Below are positions 38,186 through 48,620 of a stretch of 64,000 nt of DNA, piece by piece. The notes under the pieces are model-generated. The model was given only the letters and a program-made list of their open reading frames with translations, had not been told where the DNA came from and ran no database searches. Location of the stretch: the NCBI GenBank assembly GCA_964434115.1, contig CAYSSX010000005.1, positions 31,063 through 95,062 of the forward strand, written 5' to 3'. Origin of the DNA: an uncultured bacterium (GTDB lineage: Bacteria; Omnitrophota; Omnitrophia; Omnitrophales; Aquincolibacteriaceae). Within the stretch, counting starts at the first letter, position 1, and each line of letters begins with the position of its first letter. Made by a program: the position numbers and the translations under genes.

Positions 38186-38271
38186 GAGAATCCTCCGTAT
38201 AAGCGATATGCGCCCCGGAAATTCGGGGGAAATTGCGGGACAAAACTTCGAAGAAACGCGGGAAAAATCTT

Positions 38272-40362
38272 TTAATGCAGCTTCGTGGCGGTCTTATCCA
38301 CCCGGTAGGACTCGATGATATCGCCTTCGCGGATATCGTCAAATCCGTGGAGTGAAATACCGCACTCGTAGCCCTCGGCCACTTCTCGGGCATCATCTTT
38401 AAACCGTTTCAAAGCGGCGATTTTTCCTTCAAAAACAATGATGTTATCACGAATGACGCGGACAGGATTATTCCGGAGAACCTTCCCCTTGGTCACCATG
38501 CCGCCGCCGATATTGCCGATCTTGGAAGACTTGAAAATCTTGCGAAGCTCAATATGCCCCTCAATGACTTCTTCAAGGGTTGGCGCAAGAAGACCTTCCA
38601 TAGCTTTGGTGATGCTCTCGACCGCTTCGTAAATGATATGGTAAAAACGGATATCCACACCTTCTTTGTCGCTAAGCTGTTCAGCCTTCACATCGGCCTT
38701 CACATGAAAACCGATAATGATCGCGTCGGAAGCCGCGGCCAGCATGACGTCAGACTCATTGATGCCGCCGACGCCGCCGTGAATCACGCGCACATGGCAC
38801 TGGTCGTTCGTCAGTTTTTCAAGAGACGTCTTTAAGGCTTCGGCCGAACCCTGCACGTCAGACTTGATGATGAGTTTCAGCTCTCTAAAATTGCCTTCTG
38901 AAATCTTCTGATACAAATTTTCAAGCGAAAGGTGTTTGGAGGACGAGTTCATTTCCCGTTCGCGTTTTTCTAGCGTCCGGCGTTCCGTAATTTCACGCGC
39001 CTTCTTTTCATTCTCAACCACCACAAAAGTTTCACCGGCTTCCGGCACGCCGCCGAGACCGCTTATCTGCACCGCGTAAGCAGGGCCGGCTTCTTTCACG
39101 GTCTTTCCAAGATCCGAACGAAGGGCGCGGACTTTACCCATATGCGTGCCGCAGACCACCACATCGCCGACGCGCAAGGTGCCGCGCTGGACAATCACCG
39201 TAGCGACCGGTCCGGAACCCTTGGAGATACGGGCTTCCACGACAGTCCCCGCGGCCGGGCAAAAACGGTTGGCTTTCAGTTCAAGGATTTCAGATTCCAA
39301 AAGCAGCAATTCCAGAAGTTCTTCAAGGCCCAAACCTGTTTTCGCGGACACGTTCACGCAGATCGTTTTTCCGCCCCAGGCCTCGGGAGTCAGGTCATGC
39401 TTCTGAAGTTCACCCATGACTTTTTCAGGGTTGGCCGACGGAAGATCGCATTTGTTGATCGCGACCACAATCGGACAGCCTGCTTCACGCGCATGGTCAA
39501 CAGCTTCAATGGTCTGGGGCATAATGCCGTCATCGGCCGCAACCACAAGCACGACAACGTCGGTGATGTTCGCGCCGCGGGCGCGCATGGCCGTGAAGGC
39601 TTCGTGACCCGGGGTATCCAGAAAGGTCACAAACCCTTTGCCCGGAATGGAGACGTTATAAGCGCCGATGTGCTGGGTAATCGCACCATGTTCACGCGAG
39701 GCAACATTGGTTTTACGGATGGCGTCCAAAAGACTGGTCTTGCCGTGGTCAACGTGGCCCATCATGGTCACAACCGGTGAACGGGTTTCAAGTTTGGCCG
39801 GGTCTTCAACCGCAACGGACAACGCGTCGGCTTCCGCTTCTTTAAGAGACTCTACCGGAATGCCTAGCTTTTCAGAAACCGCAAGGCCGATGTCTTCATT
39901 CAAGAGCTGGTTCACATTCGCGAAAATTCCAATTTCCATCAAGGCCTTGATGAGCGCCGGGATGCGGACATTCAGCTGAGTCGAAAGATTTCCAACCGTC
40001 ACTGGAAACCGGATAGAAAGAGCGGGCTTTGCTGTGCTGACCGCTTGCGGCGCGGGGGACGGCGCAGCCGCCTGCTGGGGCGCTTCCTGCAGAGGCGCGT
40101 CATGTTTCACTTCGGATTTTGCTTCAGCGGGTTTTGCGGACTTGGGAGAACCCTGTGCGGCTTTGTCGCCGGACTCTTCTCCCTTGGCGGGAGAAAGCGA
40201 CTTTCCGCTGAGAATCATGCTCAGCTTGCCTTGAATAAGGCTCAGCAATTCTTCATCCACAACAGCCATGTGACTCTTGACGTCACCGCCCAATTCGGCG
40301 ATGCGCGCCATGAGGTCTTTGCTGGGGATCCCTAATTCTTTGGCAAGTTCGTGAACTCTCAT
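38272..40362 (-). CDS. infB: translation initiation factor IF-2
   Basis: G domain motifs [17 protein letters not shown], followed by the C-terminal beta-barrel domains. Confidence 0.95.
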   Translation of the reverse strand: MRVHELAKELGIPSKDLMARIAELGGDVKSHMAVVDEELLSLIQGKLSMILSGKSLSPAKGEESGDKAAQGSPKSAKPAEAKSEVKHDAPLQEAPQQAAAPSPAPQAVSTAKPALSIRFPVTVGNLSTQLNVRIPALIKALMEIGIFANVNQLLNEDIGLAVSEKLGIPVESLKEAEADALSVAVEDPAKLETRSPVVTMMGHVDHGKTSLLDAIRKTNVASREHGAITQHIGAYNVSIPGKGFVTFLDTPGHEAFTAMRARGANITDVVVLVVAADDGIMPQTIEAVDHAREAGCPIVVAINKCDLPSANPEKVMGELQKHDLTPEAWGGKTICVNVSAKTGLGLEELLELLLLESEILELKANRFCPAAGTVVEARISKGSGPVATVIVQRGTLRVGDVVVCGTHMGKVRALRSDLGKTVKEAGPAYAVQISGLGGVPEAGETFVVVENEKKAREITERRTLEKREREMNSSSKHLSLENLYQKISEGNFRELKLIIKSDVQGSAEALKTSLEKLTNDQCHVRVIHGGVGGINESDVMLAAASDAIIIGFHVKADVKAEQLSDKEGVDIRFYHIIYEAVESITKAMEGLLAPTLEEVIEGHIELRKIFKSSKIGNIGGGMVTKGKVLRNNPVRVIRDNIIVFEGKIAALKRFKDDAREVAEGYECGISLHGFDDIREGDIIESYRVDKTATKLH

Positions 40363-40408
40363 GCGTTTCCTGAAATAGTATTCAATTTTTAAAGCAAAAA
40401 ACTACGTG

Positions 40409-41533
40409 TTAATTGCCTTTTTCTAAAATGGCCTTGTGAGCCGCGGTGATAATTTTTTCGGCTGTCTTCTCGCCGATGCCCGGGATTTTCTGAAGGTCTT
40501 CTGCGGTCGTCTTCAAAATATCCTTGATCGAAACAATGCCGGCGCCCTTCAAGATCTCTTCCGTTTTTTCGCCGATACCTTCAAGCGATGCGAGCGGAAT
40601 TTTCTGATGAACACTGCGCACATCCAGGTTCCAGCCAAGCAGCTTGGAAGCGAGGCGTACATTCTGCCCCTTCTTACCAATCGCCAGCGACAGCTGATCA
40701 TCTTCCACAAGGACTTCCGCGGACTTTTGATCACGGTGCAATTTAATCTCGGCAAGCTGGGCCGGGGCCATCGCATTGCGGATATAAGTTTCCGTGTCAT
40801 CGCTGAAACGGATAATATCGATTTTCTCTCCGCCCAATTCCCGCACGATATTTTTGACGCGCTGGCCGCGGACACCGACGCAGGAACCCACGCAGTCAAT
40901 TTTGTCATCCGTGGAATGGACCGCGATTTTAGTCCTGGAACCGGCTTCGCGCGCGGCCCCCAGAACTTTTACGATACCGTCATGGATTTCCGGCACTTCA
41001 AGCTCAAAAAGACGGCGGACAAGCCCGTCGTGAGCACGCGACAAAATGATTTCCGGCCCTTTGGAAGTCTTCTTAACTTCCAGAACATACGCGCGAACAA
41101 GGTTTCCCTGCTGAAATTCATCGACAGGCGACTGCTCGCGGGCGGGAAGAATTCCTTCCGTCTTTCCAAAATCCACGAAAATGGCTTTCTTCTCAACACG
41201 ATGAACGGTCCCGGAAACAATGTCCCCGACCTGATGATTGAACTCATCGTAGATAGAATCGCGTTCCGCTTCACGGATTTTCTGGATAATGACCTGCTTG
41301 GCAGTTTGAGCAGCAATACGGCCAAAGGAGGCATCATTAATAGGACGGCCTTCCTTAAGAAGCTCAATCCGGTAGGTAATCGGATCAATATTGATCTGAA
41401 TATCTTCTGTTTCCGGGTAGGTTTTACGGCAAGCGGAGAGAAGCGCCTGTTTAAGCGCTTCAATAAGGACTTCCTTGCGGACGCCCTTCTCTTTTTCGAT
41501 ATATTCAAGTGAAGTCAAAAGTTCCTGATTCAC
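40409..41533 (-). CDS. nusA: transcription termination/antitermination factor NusA
   Basis: N-terminal domain, S1 domain, two KH domains, and a C-terminal HhH region. Confidence 0.95.
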   Translation of the reverse strand: MNQELLTSLEYIEKEKGVRKEVLIEALKQALLSACRKTYPETEDIQINIDPITYRIELLKEGRPINDASFGRIAAQTAKQVIIQKIREAERDSIYDEFNHQVGDIVSGTVHRVEKKAIFVDFGKTEGILPAREQSPVDEFQQGNLVRAYVLEVKKTSKGPEIILSRAHDGLVRRLFELEVPEIHDGIVKVLGAAREAGSRTKIAVHSTDDKIDCVGSCVGVRGQRVKNIVRELGGEKIDIIRFSDDTETYIRNAMAPAQLAEIKLHRDQKSAEVLVEDDQLSLAIGKKGQNVRLASKLLGWNLDVRSVHQKIPLASLEGIGEKTEEILKGAGIVSIKDILKTTAEDLQKIPGIGEKTAEKIITAAHKAILEKGN

Positions 41534-41563
41534 GACAAAACCCTCTCTTGTCTCCTAAAATAA

Positions 41564-41592
41564 AAAAGTGGGCGTTGACTCGGCCCACTTTT
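41564..41592 (-). terminator. hairpin plus U-tract in nusA leader (possible attenuator; bidirectional potential)
   Basis: An AGTGGGC...GCCCACT stem (7 bp, 9-nt loop) is flanked by an A-run and a T-run. On the minus strand it sits 30-60 nt upstream of the nusA start. Confidence 0.35.
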
Positions 41593-41895
41593 CTCGCACA
41601 CGTCTGCTAAATGAGATGGTTTATTATATGCAAAAAGTGTTTTCTGTCAATCGTCTCTTCATCATTGGACAAGCGCTATTTTATGATAGTTTTTAATTTC
41701 TTATGATTATTTATGATTTTTATTGCTATTTAAATAAACGCAAAATCCTGTATTTTCCCCCTGGATCAGGCACTCTGAACGAGTGAACCCGTTAAAAAGA
41801 TATGGTACTTAGGCCGAAAATCTACTACCATAATCAAAATTTTTTCCGCGGAAAGCAGTCCTTTTCCCGCAAAATCCCAATGGAGGTTTTCTTTC

Positions 41896-42786
41896 GTGTC
41901 CCAATCTACTCTTGAGCAGGAGTCTTGTGTCTCCGCTTCGGCACCAACCCCTTACCAGTTTCAGTGGAAGGACGTTTACTGGACCCCTTTTATTTTCATC
42001 GTCGCCGTGCATCTTATTGCGCTGGCAGGATTTTTCACTTTCACCTGGCCGGCTTTCTGGCTGTGCGTTGTGATGCATTGGGTGACCGGCGGCATCGGCA
42101 TCACCCTCACTTACCACCGGCTTTTAACGCACCGGAGTTTCACCCTTCCAAAGCCTTTGGAATATTTTTTGGCAACAGTGGCTACGTTAGCGGGTCAAGG
42201 CGGCCCCATTTCCTGGGTCGCGGCACACCGCGTTCACCACACAAAATCCGATCTTGAAGGCGATCCGCACAGCCCTCTGCGCGGTTTCTTCTGGGCGCAT
42301 ATGCTGTGGTGCATGACCAAAAGCGAAACCCTGGATCATTTTGAATCTTACTCCAAACACGCGCCGGACCTGGCCAAAGACCGCTACTATGTCTTCCTGG
42401 ACCGTTTTCACATGCTCCCGACAGCGCTTCTTGCTTTGGGGTTTTACGCTTTGGGCGGCTGGTCTTTTGTAATCTGGGGCGTCTTTGTGCGCCTGGTCCT
42501 TGTGTATCACTCCACCTGGCTTGTGAACTCCGCGGCCCATGTCTGGGGTTACAAAACTTATGACAGCCGTGATGCTTCGCGCAATCTTTGGTGGGTGGCT
42601 CTCATCACCTACGGTGAAGGCTGGCACAATAACCACCATGCGTTTCAGCATTCCGCGCGGCATGGTTTGGCTTGGTGGGAATTTGATACCACGTATTTGA
42701 CGATACGCTTTTTGGAAATCCTGGGATTGGCCAAAGCGGTCAAGCTTCCCGCTCCGGAACTTCTGCAGAAAAAAGCCACCCGCTGA
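41896..42786 (+). CDS. acyl-CoA (stearoyl-CoA-type delta-9) fatty acid desaturase
   Basis: Three histidine boxes: HRLLTHRSF, HRVHHTKSD, and HNNHHAFQHSARHG. GTG start preceded by GGAGG. Confidence 0.85.
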   Translation: MSQSTLEQESCVSASAPTPYQFQWKDVYWTPFIFIVAVHLIALAGFFTFTWPAFWLCVVMHWVTGGIGITLTYHRLLTHRSFTLPKPLEYFLATVATLAGQGGPISWVAAHRVHHTKSDLEGDPHSPLRGFFWAHMLWCMTKSETLDHFESYSKHAPDLAKDRYYVFLDRFHMLPTALLALGFYALGGWSFVIWGVFVRLVLVYHSTWLVNSAAHVWGYKTYDSRDASRNLWWVALITYGEGWHNNHHAFQHSARHGLAWWEFDTTYLTIRFLEILGLAKAVKLPAPELLQKKATR

Positions 42787-42818
42787 TTTTAAAGAAATCA
42801 ACGCGGTTTAAAAATTAA

Positions 42819-42850
42819 AAAGGCGCCCCGGTTTTGGGGCGCCTTTGTTT
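42819..42850. terminator. bidirectional rho-independent terminator between desaturase and tRNA-Gly
   Basis: AAAGGCGCCCC-GGTTTT-GGGGCGCCTTT stem-loop with T-runs on both strands. Confidence 0.55.
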
Positions 42851-42884
42851 TGAAGAAAAGATTCTGATGGGATTTATCAAGACA

Positions 42885-42958
42885 TGGAGCGGGCGGTGGG
42901 AATCGAACCCACATGACCAGCTTGGAAGGCTGGGACTTTACCATTAAGCTACGCCCGC
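42885..42958 (-). tRNA. tRNA-Gly (anticodon TCC)
   Basis: Cloverleaf folded by hand: acceptor stem GCGGGCG/CGCCCGC, anticodon loop CUUCCAA, T-loop TTCGATT, discriminator U, and an encoded CCA. Confidence 0.85.
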
Positions 42959-43056
42959 TTAAAAGAGCGGACATTATAGGCAGTCCCAAAACCCTCTGTC
43001 AATTGATGGTTTAACCGTTTTCATCTTAAAGAAAACTCACAACGAAAGGCTCTCAA

Positions 43057-43692
43057 ATGCCGCAGCTCATTCTCCTTCGCCACGGACAATCTCAATGGAA
43101 TCTTGAAAACCGTTTCACCGGCTGGGTCGATGTGGAACTCTCCGCCAAAGGGCGTGAAGAGGCCACGGAAGCCGGAAAGAAACTCGCACCTTTCAAGATC
43201 GACAAGGCTTACACTTCGATTCTGAAACGCGCGATGAACACCTGCGATATCGCGCTTCAGAACGCCGGCAAAACAGGGATTCCCATCACACGTGACATCG
43301 CACTCAATGAACGCCACTATGGCGCGCTTCAGGGACTCGACAAAGCCGAGACCGCAAAGAAATACGGCGATGATCAGGTGCATATTTGGCGCCGCAGCTA
43401 CGACATTCCGCCGCCCAAAGAGAAAACCGAAATGAATCCGGAAGGCATCAGCGAAAGCCTGAAAGACACGGCCGCCAGAACGCTTCCCTATTTTGATGCG
43501 AACATCATGAAGGATTTAAAAGCCGGCAAGAATGTTCTTGTCGCCGCGCACGGCAACAGCCTGCGGTCCATCGTCATGCATCTGGATAAAATGACCGAAG
43601 CCCAGGTGCTTGAGCTGAATATTCCGACGGGCACGCCGCTTGTTTATGAATTGGATTCCAACCTGAAGGTTCTTTCGAAGAAATACCTGTAG
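43057..43692 (+). CDS. gpmA: 2,3-bisphosphoglycerate-dependent phosphoglycerate mutase
   Basis: LLRHGQSQWN catalytic-His motif and the phosphoglycerate mutase family signature. Confidence 0.9.
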   Translation: MPQLILLRHGQSQWNLENRFTGWVDVELSAKGREEATEAGKKLAPFKIDKAYTSILKRAMNTCDIALQNAGKTGIPITRDIALNERHYGALQGLDKAETAKKYGDDQVHIWRRSYDIPPPKEKTEMNPEGISESLKDTAARTLPYFDANIMKDLKAGKNVLVAAHGNSLRSIVMHLDKMTEAQVLELNIPTGTPLVYELDSNLKVLSKKYL

Positions 43693-43747
43693 AAAAATCC
43701 CAGACCCGCGGTCTTTCAAAAGGCCGCGGGGTCCTGCGGACCACTGG

Positions 43748-44383
43748 CTAGGCGCCCGGAACGCTGATCCCCATCCGCTTAAGCGTTTCCCAGATGATAA
43801 TGTCCATCACCCCGCGAAGACCCGCCACGTCCCTGAAAATGGAATGCTGCATGCCCAGGTTGTAACTCTTTTGAAGCGGGTTCGGCCCTGTAAGGTCTGT
43901 TGAGGTCGCCTGCCCAAGGCTTAAAATCAGCTGTTCCACACCAAACTGCGGTTTGATCTCCGCAACAAAACGCCCGGCCCCGGTTTCTCCCGTATTTTTA
44001 AATTTGGGCTTCATCACCGAAAGGGCATAGAGATTAAGCCCGTTGCCCGGAACATTCAGAACCCGGATCTCGCCCACATTCACTTCCAGGGTCCGGAGCA
44101 TGATTTTTCCGCGAAGCAGGGCCTCGGGTTTAAAGTCGAGGAAAAGTTTGGGGATGAAAATCATACCGCCGTCAGGGAAAACCAAGGGGTTCTGAATGAC
44201 CACCCCGTTGTATTTGGCCTGGGCATTCACAAAATCAAGCTTCACTTCCTCCACAGACACCTGGGTCCCGAACTCTTTTTGAAGATAGACCGTCAAAAGC
44301 CACTTGGCGCCGTACGCGCGCAGAAAAAAACCCACAAGAGCCAAAAGGACAGCGAGTTTGATCAGGCTCCAGAGAAAACGCAT
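43748..44383 (-). CDS. hypothetical membrane-anchored periplasmic protein
   Basis: N-terminal transmembrane anchor or signal (LIKLAVLLALVGFFL). No recognisable motifs. Confidence 0.4.
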   Translation of the reverse strand: MRFLWSLIKLAVLLALVGFFLRAYGAKWLLTVYLQKEFGTQVSVEEVKLDFVNAQAKYNGVVIQNPLVFPDGGMIFIPKLFLDFKPEALLRGKIMLRTLEVNVGEIRVLNVPGNGLNLYALSVMKPKFKNTGETGAGRFVAEIKPQFGVEQLILSLGQATSTDLTGPNPLQKSYNLGMQHSIFRDVAGLRGVMDIIIWETLKRMGISVPGA

Positions 44384-44487
44384 AGGGTTCCTTTCTAAAA
44401 AACGACAGGTTTCCAGGATTGAAAGCGCCCCATTGTAACGGCCTCTTGCTTACCCTGCAACATCGAAGGCAAAAAGCCGTTTTTTGT

Positions 44488-44516
44488 TTGACATTTCAGG
44501 GGTGTTCCGTGATAAT
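44488..44516 (+). promoter_or_regulatory. sigma-70-type promoter for atp operon (TTGACA-17nt-GATAAT)
   Basis: Perfect -35 hexamer at 44488-44493, a 17-nt spacer, and a -10 GATAAT at 44511-44516. It lies about 130 nt upstream of the first atp ORF. Confidence 0.5.
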
Positions 44517-44644
44517 AGCGCCCTTAAATTTCCCTAAGTCCCGGCTGGCATTAGGGTTTTGTTTTTTCGCTCGAGAAACGGTCCGCAATCAGACGTTTCT
44601 CTGTTTTCCAGGTCTTTCCTCAGGAAAGTTCAGCGAGAACATCC

Positions 44645-44890
44645 TTGACTGCTCAAAAAAGTAACCCTTATAAATCGATCTGGATGGCGGGCCTCGCGCT
44701 CACGCTCCCGATGATTCTTTTGAGCGGGCCGGTGACAGGTTATTTTTTGAGCGTTGCCTGGCTTCATTATAAGAAGGGTCCAGGTTACATCATGCCGCTG
44801 TTTATGATGATCGGTCTTGCGGCATCAGGCATTCAAACTTACAGGCTTATTAACAAGCTGCGCCAACAACTGAAGAGCATGGATTCATGA
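44645..44890 (+). CDS. AtpZ/AtpI-like small membrane protein of ATP synthase operon
   Basis: 81 aa, two transmembrane helices, and a stop overlapping the atpB start. Confidence 0.45.
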   Translation: MTAQKSNPYKSIWMAGLALTLPMILLSGPVTGYFLSVAWLHYKKGPGYIMPLFMMIGLAASGIQTYRLINKLRQQLKSMDS

Positions 44891-45750
44891 ACGAGCACGA
44901 GATCGCGCACACCACCGCCCACGCTTCCGCAGCGCATGCTCATGATGCCCACGAGCTGCCGAATTTCCTCAAAGTTTTAAGCGGCCACTTTCCCGACTCC
45001 GGAATCTTGAAGTTTTTAGGACAGTGGGAAAATGCCCTTTTCACGGCCCTTATTCTGGGGCTTCTTTGTTTCACCGCAATCCGCGCGTCACGCACCGGCA
45101 GCCTCATCCCTCAAAGCCTTCAGAATTTCTGGGAAGTCCTCGTGGAAGCCATTTACACTTTCGTCTGCGGTATCCTTGGCCCCAAACACGGCCCTAAACA
45201 CGTGGCCTTTCTGGGAACGCTTTTCTTTTATGTTCTCCTCATGAATTGGGCAGGCATGATTCCTTTAATGAAGTCACCGACCGCGGCCTGGAGCACAACA
45301 ATCACGCTGGGTTTTATCACGATGTTTTATGTGCAGGGCACAGGGCTTCGTGAGCAGGGCCTTGGAAATTACCTGAAACACATCGCGGGAAACCCGCAGG
45401 GTTTTCTCGGACTGGCGCTCGTGGTCCTGATGCTTCCCTTGAATATCATTCTTGAATTCCTGGCCGCTCCGTTCAGCCTGTCGCTCCGTCTTTTTGCGAA
45501 TGTCTCGAGTGAAGACCGCTTGCTGCTGAATTTCGCCAATCTGACTTTGAATTCCCCTTACCGCATCGGTTTCCTGTTCCAGCTTTTTGCCAATATCCTG
45601 ACCGTTGTGTTCAGCTTCATTCAGGCTTTTGTTTTTATGTTATTATCCACGGTCTACATTTCCCTTGTCTTACCTCATGACGAACACGGGGAGGAAGAGC
45701 ACAGCGATTCCGCCCCAGCAGCTCACTTAACACCAAAAGGAGAACATTAA
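44887..45750 (+). CDS. atpB: F-type ATP synthase Fo subunit a
   Basis: Polytopic protein. The conserved Arg-containing helix LSLRLFANV is present. Confidence 0.85.
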   Translation: MNEHEIAHTTAHASAAHAHDAHELPNFLKVLSGHFPDSGILKFLGQWENALFTALILGLLCFTAIRASRTGSLIPQSLQNFWEVLVEAIYTFVCGILGPKHGPKHVAFLGTLFFYVLLMNWAGMIPLMKSPTAAWSTTITLGFITMFYVQGTGLREQGLGNYLKHIAGNPQGFLGLALVVLMLPLNIILEFLAAPFSLSLRLFANVSSEDRLLLNFANLTLNSPYRIGFLFQLFANILTVVFSFIQAFVFMLLSTVYISLVLPHDEHGEEEHSDSAPAAHLTPKGEH

Positions 45751-45751
45751 A

Positions 45752-45988
45752 ATGGATTATCAAGCAGCTTTAGCACTCGCACTTCCCCTGAGTCTCGGAA
45801 TCGCAGCCGCCGGTTCAGGCATTGGTCTTGGACGCGCCGTTGCCGGAGCCATGGATGCTACAGGCCGTCAGCCGGAAGCTTCCACCAAGATTCTCGTCAA
45901 CATGATGGCCGGATGCGCCCTGATCGAAGCCTTGACGCTTTACGCTCTTGTCTTCGGTTTCTCTCTCATGGGCAAAATCGGAGCTTAA
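45752..45988 (+). CDS. atpE: F-type ATP synthase Fo subunit c
   Basis: 78-aa helical hairpin with GLGRAVAGA...ALIEALTLYALV, including the ion-binding carboxylate. Confidence 0.9.
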   Translation: MDYQAALALALPLSLGIAAAGSGIGLGRAVAGAMDATGRQPEASTKILVNMMAGCALIEALTLYALVFGFSLMGKIGA

Positions 45989-45999
45989 TTTAAACGCTT

Positions 46000-46503
46000 A
46001 TGGAATTCTTTAAAGCCAACATTATTCCCAGCGAAGTCATCGTACAGCTGATCGCCTTTCTCATCGTGTTTTTCGCGTTGAGAAAGATGGCTTGGAAACC
46101 TGTGCTGGATACTCTGGAAGCCCGCCGGTCGAAAATTCGCAGCGAATTTGAATCCATTGAAGCCGCGAAGAAAGAGATCGAATCCCTGAAAGCCGAGTAT
46201 GCCGCAAGTCTTCAGAAGATCGAAGACCAGGCGCGCGCGAAGCTTCAGGAGGCCATCGATGAAGGCCGCCGGATTTCCCGCGAAATGCAGGAGCAGGCCA
46301 GGCTGGATTCTCAAGCCACTTTTGAGAAAGCCAAGGAGAACCTGGCCATTGAAGTCGCAAAGGCCAGAATCAGCCTTCGCCGCGACGTTGCGGAGCTTGC
46401 CCTTGACGCTTCCGAAAAGGTGTTGAAGGAAAAGATGTCCGATGACAAGAAGCAGCAGGAAAAAATCATGGCCATCATTGAAGACATGGAGAAGGCATTG
46501 TGA
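46000..46503 (+). CDS. atpF: F-type ATP synthase Fo subunit b
   Basis: One N-terminal transmembrane helix followed by a long charged coiled-coil. Confidence 0.8.
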   Translation: MEFFKANIIPSEVIVQLIAFLIVFFALRKMAWKPVLDTLEARRSKIRSEFESIEAAKKEIESLKAEYAASLQKIEDQARAKLQEAIDEGRRISREMQEQARLDSQATFEKAKENLAIEVAKARISLRRDVAELALDASEKVLKEKMSDDKKQQEKIMAIIEDMEKAL

Positions 46504-47039
46504 AAGATCTCCGGGCTTCCAACCGCTATGCGGACGCGCTCTTCAGCCTTGCCGAAGAACGGAACGAGCTTCCGAAAGTCGAGCAGGATCTCGCGGCCGT
46601 AAGCCGCGTTCTCGAGGAGCACCCGCAGATCACGCGCATTGTGTGGAACTCCACCATTTCCACGCAGGATAAGGAAGCCGCGCTGGAGAAAATCTTTGGG
46701 CAGATGGTCTCTCCTATTGTTTTGAATTTTTTGAAACTGCTTATCAAGAAAAACCGCTTTTCCGAAATTGCTTCGATTCAAAAGTCGTTCCACGCGCGTT
46801 TTGAGGCCAAAAAGAAAATCCGTGAAGTGACGGTGCTTGTTTCCCGCTCGCTGACCGAAGAGGCTGAGAAAAAACTGCGCACGCTTCTCAACAAGAAACT
46901 GGCTTCTGAAATACGCCTCGCGGTGAAAACCGATCCGAGCTTAATCGGCGGCCTGGTCCTTCGTTTTGACGGCCGCGAGATCGACGCCAGCTACAAGAAT
47001 CGGCTTCGGGAGATCCGGCAAAAACTGCTGGTTTCCTGA
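46500..47039 (+). CDS. atpH: F-type ATP synthase F1 subunit delta
   Basis: 179 aa. OSCP/delta-like sequence, with gene order b-delta-alpha. Confidence 0.8.
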   Translation: MKDLRASNRYADALFSLAEERNELPKVEQDLAAVSRVLEEHPQITRIVWNSTISTQDKEAALEKIFGQMVSPIVLNFLKLLIKKNRFSEIASIQKSFHARFEAKKKIREVTVLVSRSLTEEAEKKLRTLLNKKLASEIRLAVKTDPSLIGGLVLRFDGREIDASYKNRLREIRQKLLVS

Positions 47040-47087
47040 TTTTTTTTCTGACGCAAGAGTGATTGAAAAACTGAAGAGGGTTCGGGC

Positions 47088-48599
47088 ATGTTGAAACCTG
47101 AAGAAGTCGTACAAGCAATCCAGACTGAAATTAAAAAGTACGAAACCAAACTTAAAATGGAATCTGTCGGCTACGTGCTGCAGGTCGGTGACGGCATTGC
47201 CCGTGTTTACGGCCTTGATGAAGTCATGGCCGGAGAAATCGTCAGTTTTCAGGACGGTACGATGGGGCTGGTTCTTAATTTGGAACCGGGAAATGTCGGG
47301 GTCGTTATTCTGGGTTCCGACACGGCTATTAAAGAAGGACACCAGGTCAAGCGCACGGAGCGCATCGCGGATGTTCCCGTAGGGAACGCGCTCCTCGGCC
47401 GTGTGGTGAATCCCCTTGGCATTCCGATGGATGGAAAAGGCCCGATTGCATCAACCAAGCGCCGCCCGCTCGAAACCGTTCCTCCCTCAGTCATTGAACG
47501 CCAGCCCGTAAAAGAACCTCTGCAGACCGGAATCAAGGCCATTGATGCCATGATCCCGATCGGCCGCGGCCAGCGCGAACTGATTATCGGCGACCGCCAG
47601 ACCGGTAAGACCGCCATTCTGATCGACACCATCGTGAATCAGAAGCATACGGGTGTGAAATGCATTTACGTGGCCATTGGGCAAAAGCTTTCGAGCGTCG
47701 TCGCGCTTGCGAAAACACTGGAAGAATACGGCGCCATGGAATACACGACCATTGTTTCCGCTTCTTCCGATGATCCCGCTCCTTTGCAGTACCTCGCGCC
47801 TTACGCGGGCTGTGCCATCGGGGAAGAATACATGCATACCGGTCAGCACGCGCTTGTGGTTTATGACGATTTGTCGAAGCACGCCGTCGCCTACCGCGAA
47901 CTCTCCCTTCTCCTTCAGCGGCCGCCGGGACGTGAAGCTTATCCGGGCGATGTTTTCTATCTTCACTCCCGTCTTCTGGAAAGAGCGGCCAAACTGCGCG
48001 ATGATCTCGGCGCCGGTTCTTTGACAGCTCTTCCGGTCATTGAAACCCAGATGGGCGACGTTTCCGCGTACATTCCGACGAACGTAATTTCGATTACGGA
48101 CGGTCAGATTTACCTGGAAAGCGACCTCTTTTACGCCGGTGTTCGTCCGGCCGTGAACGTCGGTCTTTCCGTGTCGCGCGTCGGCGGTAACGCCCAGACC
48201 AAGGCCATGAAGCAGGTGGCCGGCCAGCTCCGCCTCGCGCTCGCGCAGTACCGCGAACTCGCGGCCTTCGCCCAGCTGTCAACCGACCTCGACAAAGCCA
48301 CCAAGGATCAGCTGACACGCGGTGAACGGATGGTAGAAATCCTGAAGCAGGACATTCTCCAGCCGATTCCGTTTGAGCGTCAGGTTGCGGTGATCTTCGC
48401 CGGCAACGAAGGCCATCTTGATGATGTTCCTCTTGACCGCTTGAAGGATTTCGAAACCCAGCTTCTTGTTTTCCTGGATAAGAACTATCCTGATGTCTTT
48501 CACAACATCCGTGAAAAGAAAGCGATCAGCGATGATCTGAAAGCAAAGCTCGCGGACGGCGTGAAGAAATTCAAAAGTCAGTTTTTAGCGAAAGCTTAA
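47088..48599 (+). CDS. atpA: F-type ATP synthase F1 subunit alpha
   Basis: P-loop GDRQTGKT. Confidence 0.95.
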   Translation: MLKPEEVVQAIQTEIKKYETKLKMESVGYVLQVGDGIARVYGLDEVMAGEIVSFQDGTMGLVLNLEPGNVGVVILGSDTAIKEGHQVKRTERIADVPVGNALLGRVVNPLGIPMDGKGPIASTKRRPLETVPPSVIERQPVKEPLQTGIKAIDAMIPIGRGQRELIIGDRQTGKTAILIDTIVNQKHTGVKCIYVAIGQKLSSVVALAKTLEEYGAMEYTTIVSASSDDPAPLQYLAPYAGCAIGEEYMHTGQHALVVYDDLSKHAVAYRELSLLLQRPPGREAYPGDVFYLHSRLLERAAKLRDDLGAGSLTALPVIETQMGDVSAYIPTNVISITDGQIYLESDLFYAGVRPAVNVGLSVSRVGGNAQTKAMKQVAGQLRLALAQYRELAAFAQLSTDLDKATKDQLTRGERMVEILKQDILQPIPFERQVAVIFAGNEGHLDDVPLDRLKDFETQLLVFLDKNYPDVFHNIREKKAISDDLKAKLADGVKKFKSQFLAKA

Positions 48600-48620
48600 G
48601 CGCCTTTAACGGAGTTTGTT

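Noticed and set aside
38175-38396. 73-aa minus-strand ORF between rbfA and infB that could be mistaken for a DUF503/YlxP-like gene
   Set aside because: Most of it overlaps the infB C-terminal coding region in another frame, and it has no recognisable motif. The rbfA-infB gap is otherwise only about 85 nt.
41641-41760. The AT-rich tract with short direct repeats, checked as a possible CRISPR array or replication iterons
   Set aside because: The repeats are only 7 bp, irregularly spaced, with no spacer-like unique units. No cas genes are present, and no DnaA-box consensus was seen. It is treated as promoter or operator DNA.
41809-42117. 102-aa minus-strand ORF overlapping the desaturase start
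   Set aside because: It is antisense to the desaturase N-terminus and its AT-rich leader, with no RBS or motif.
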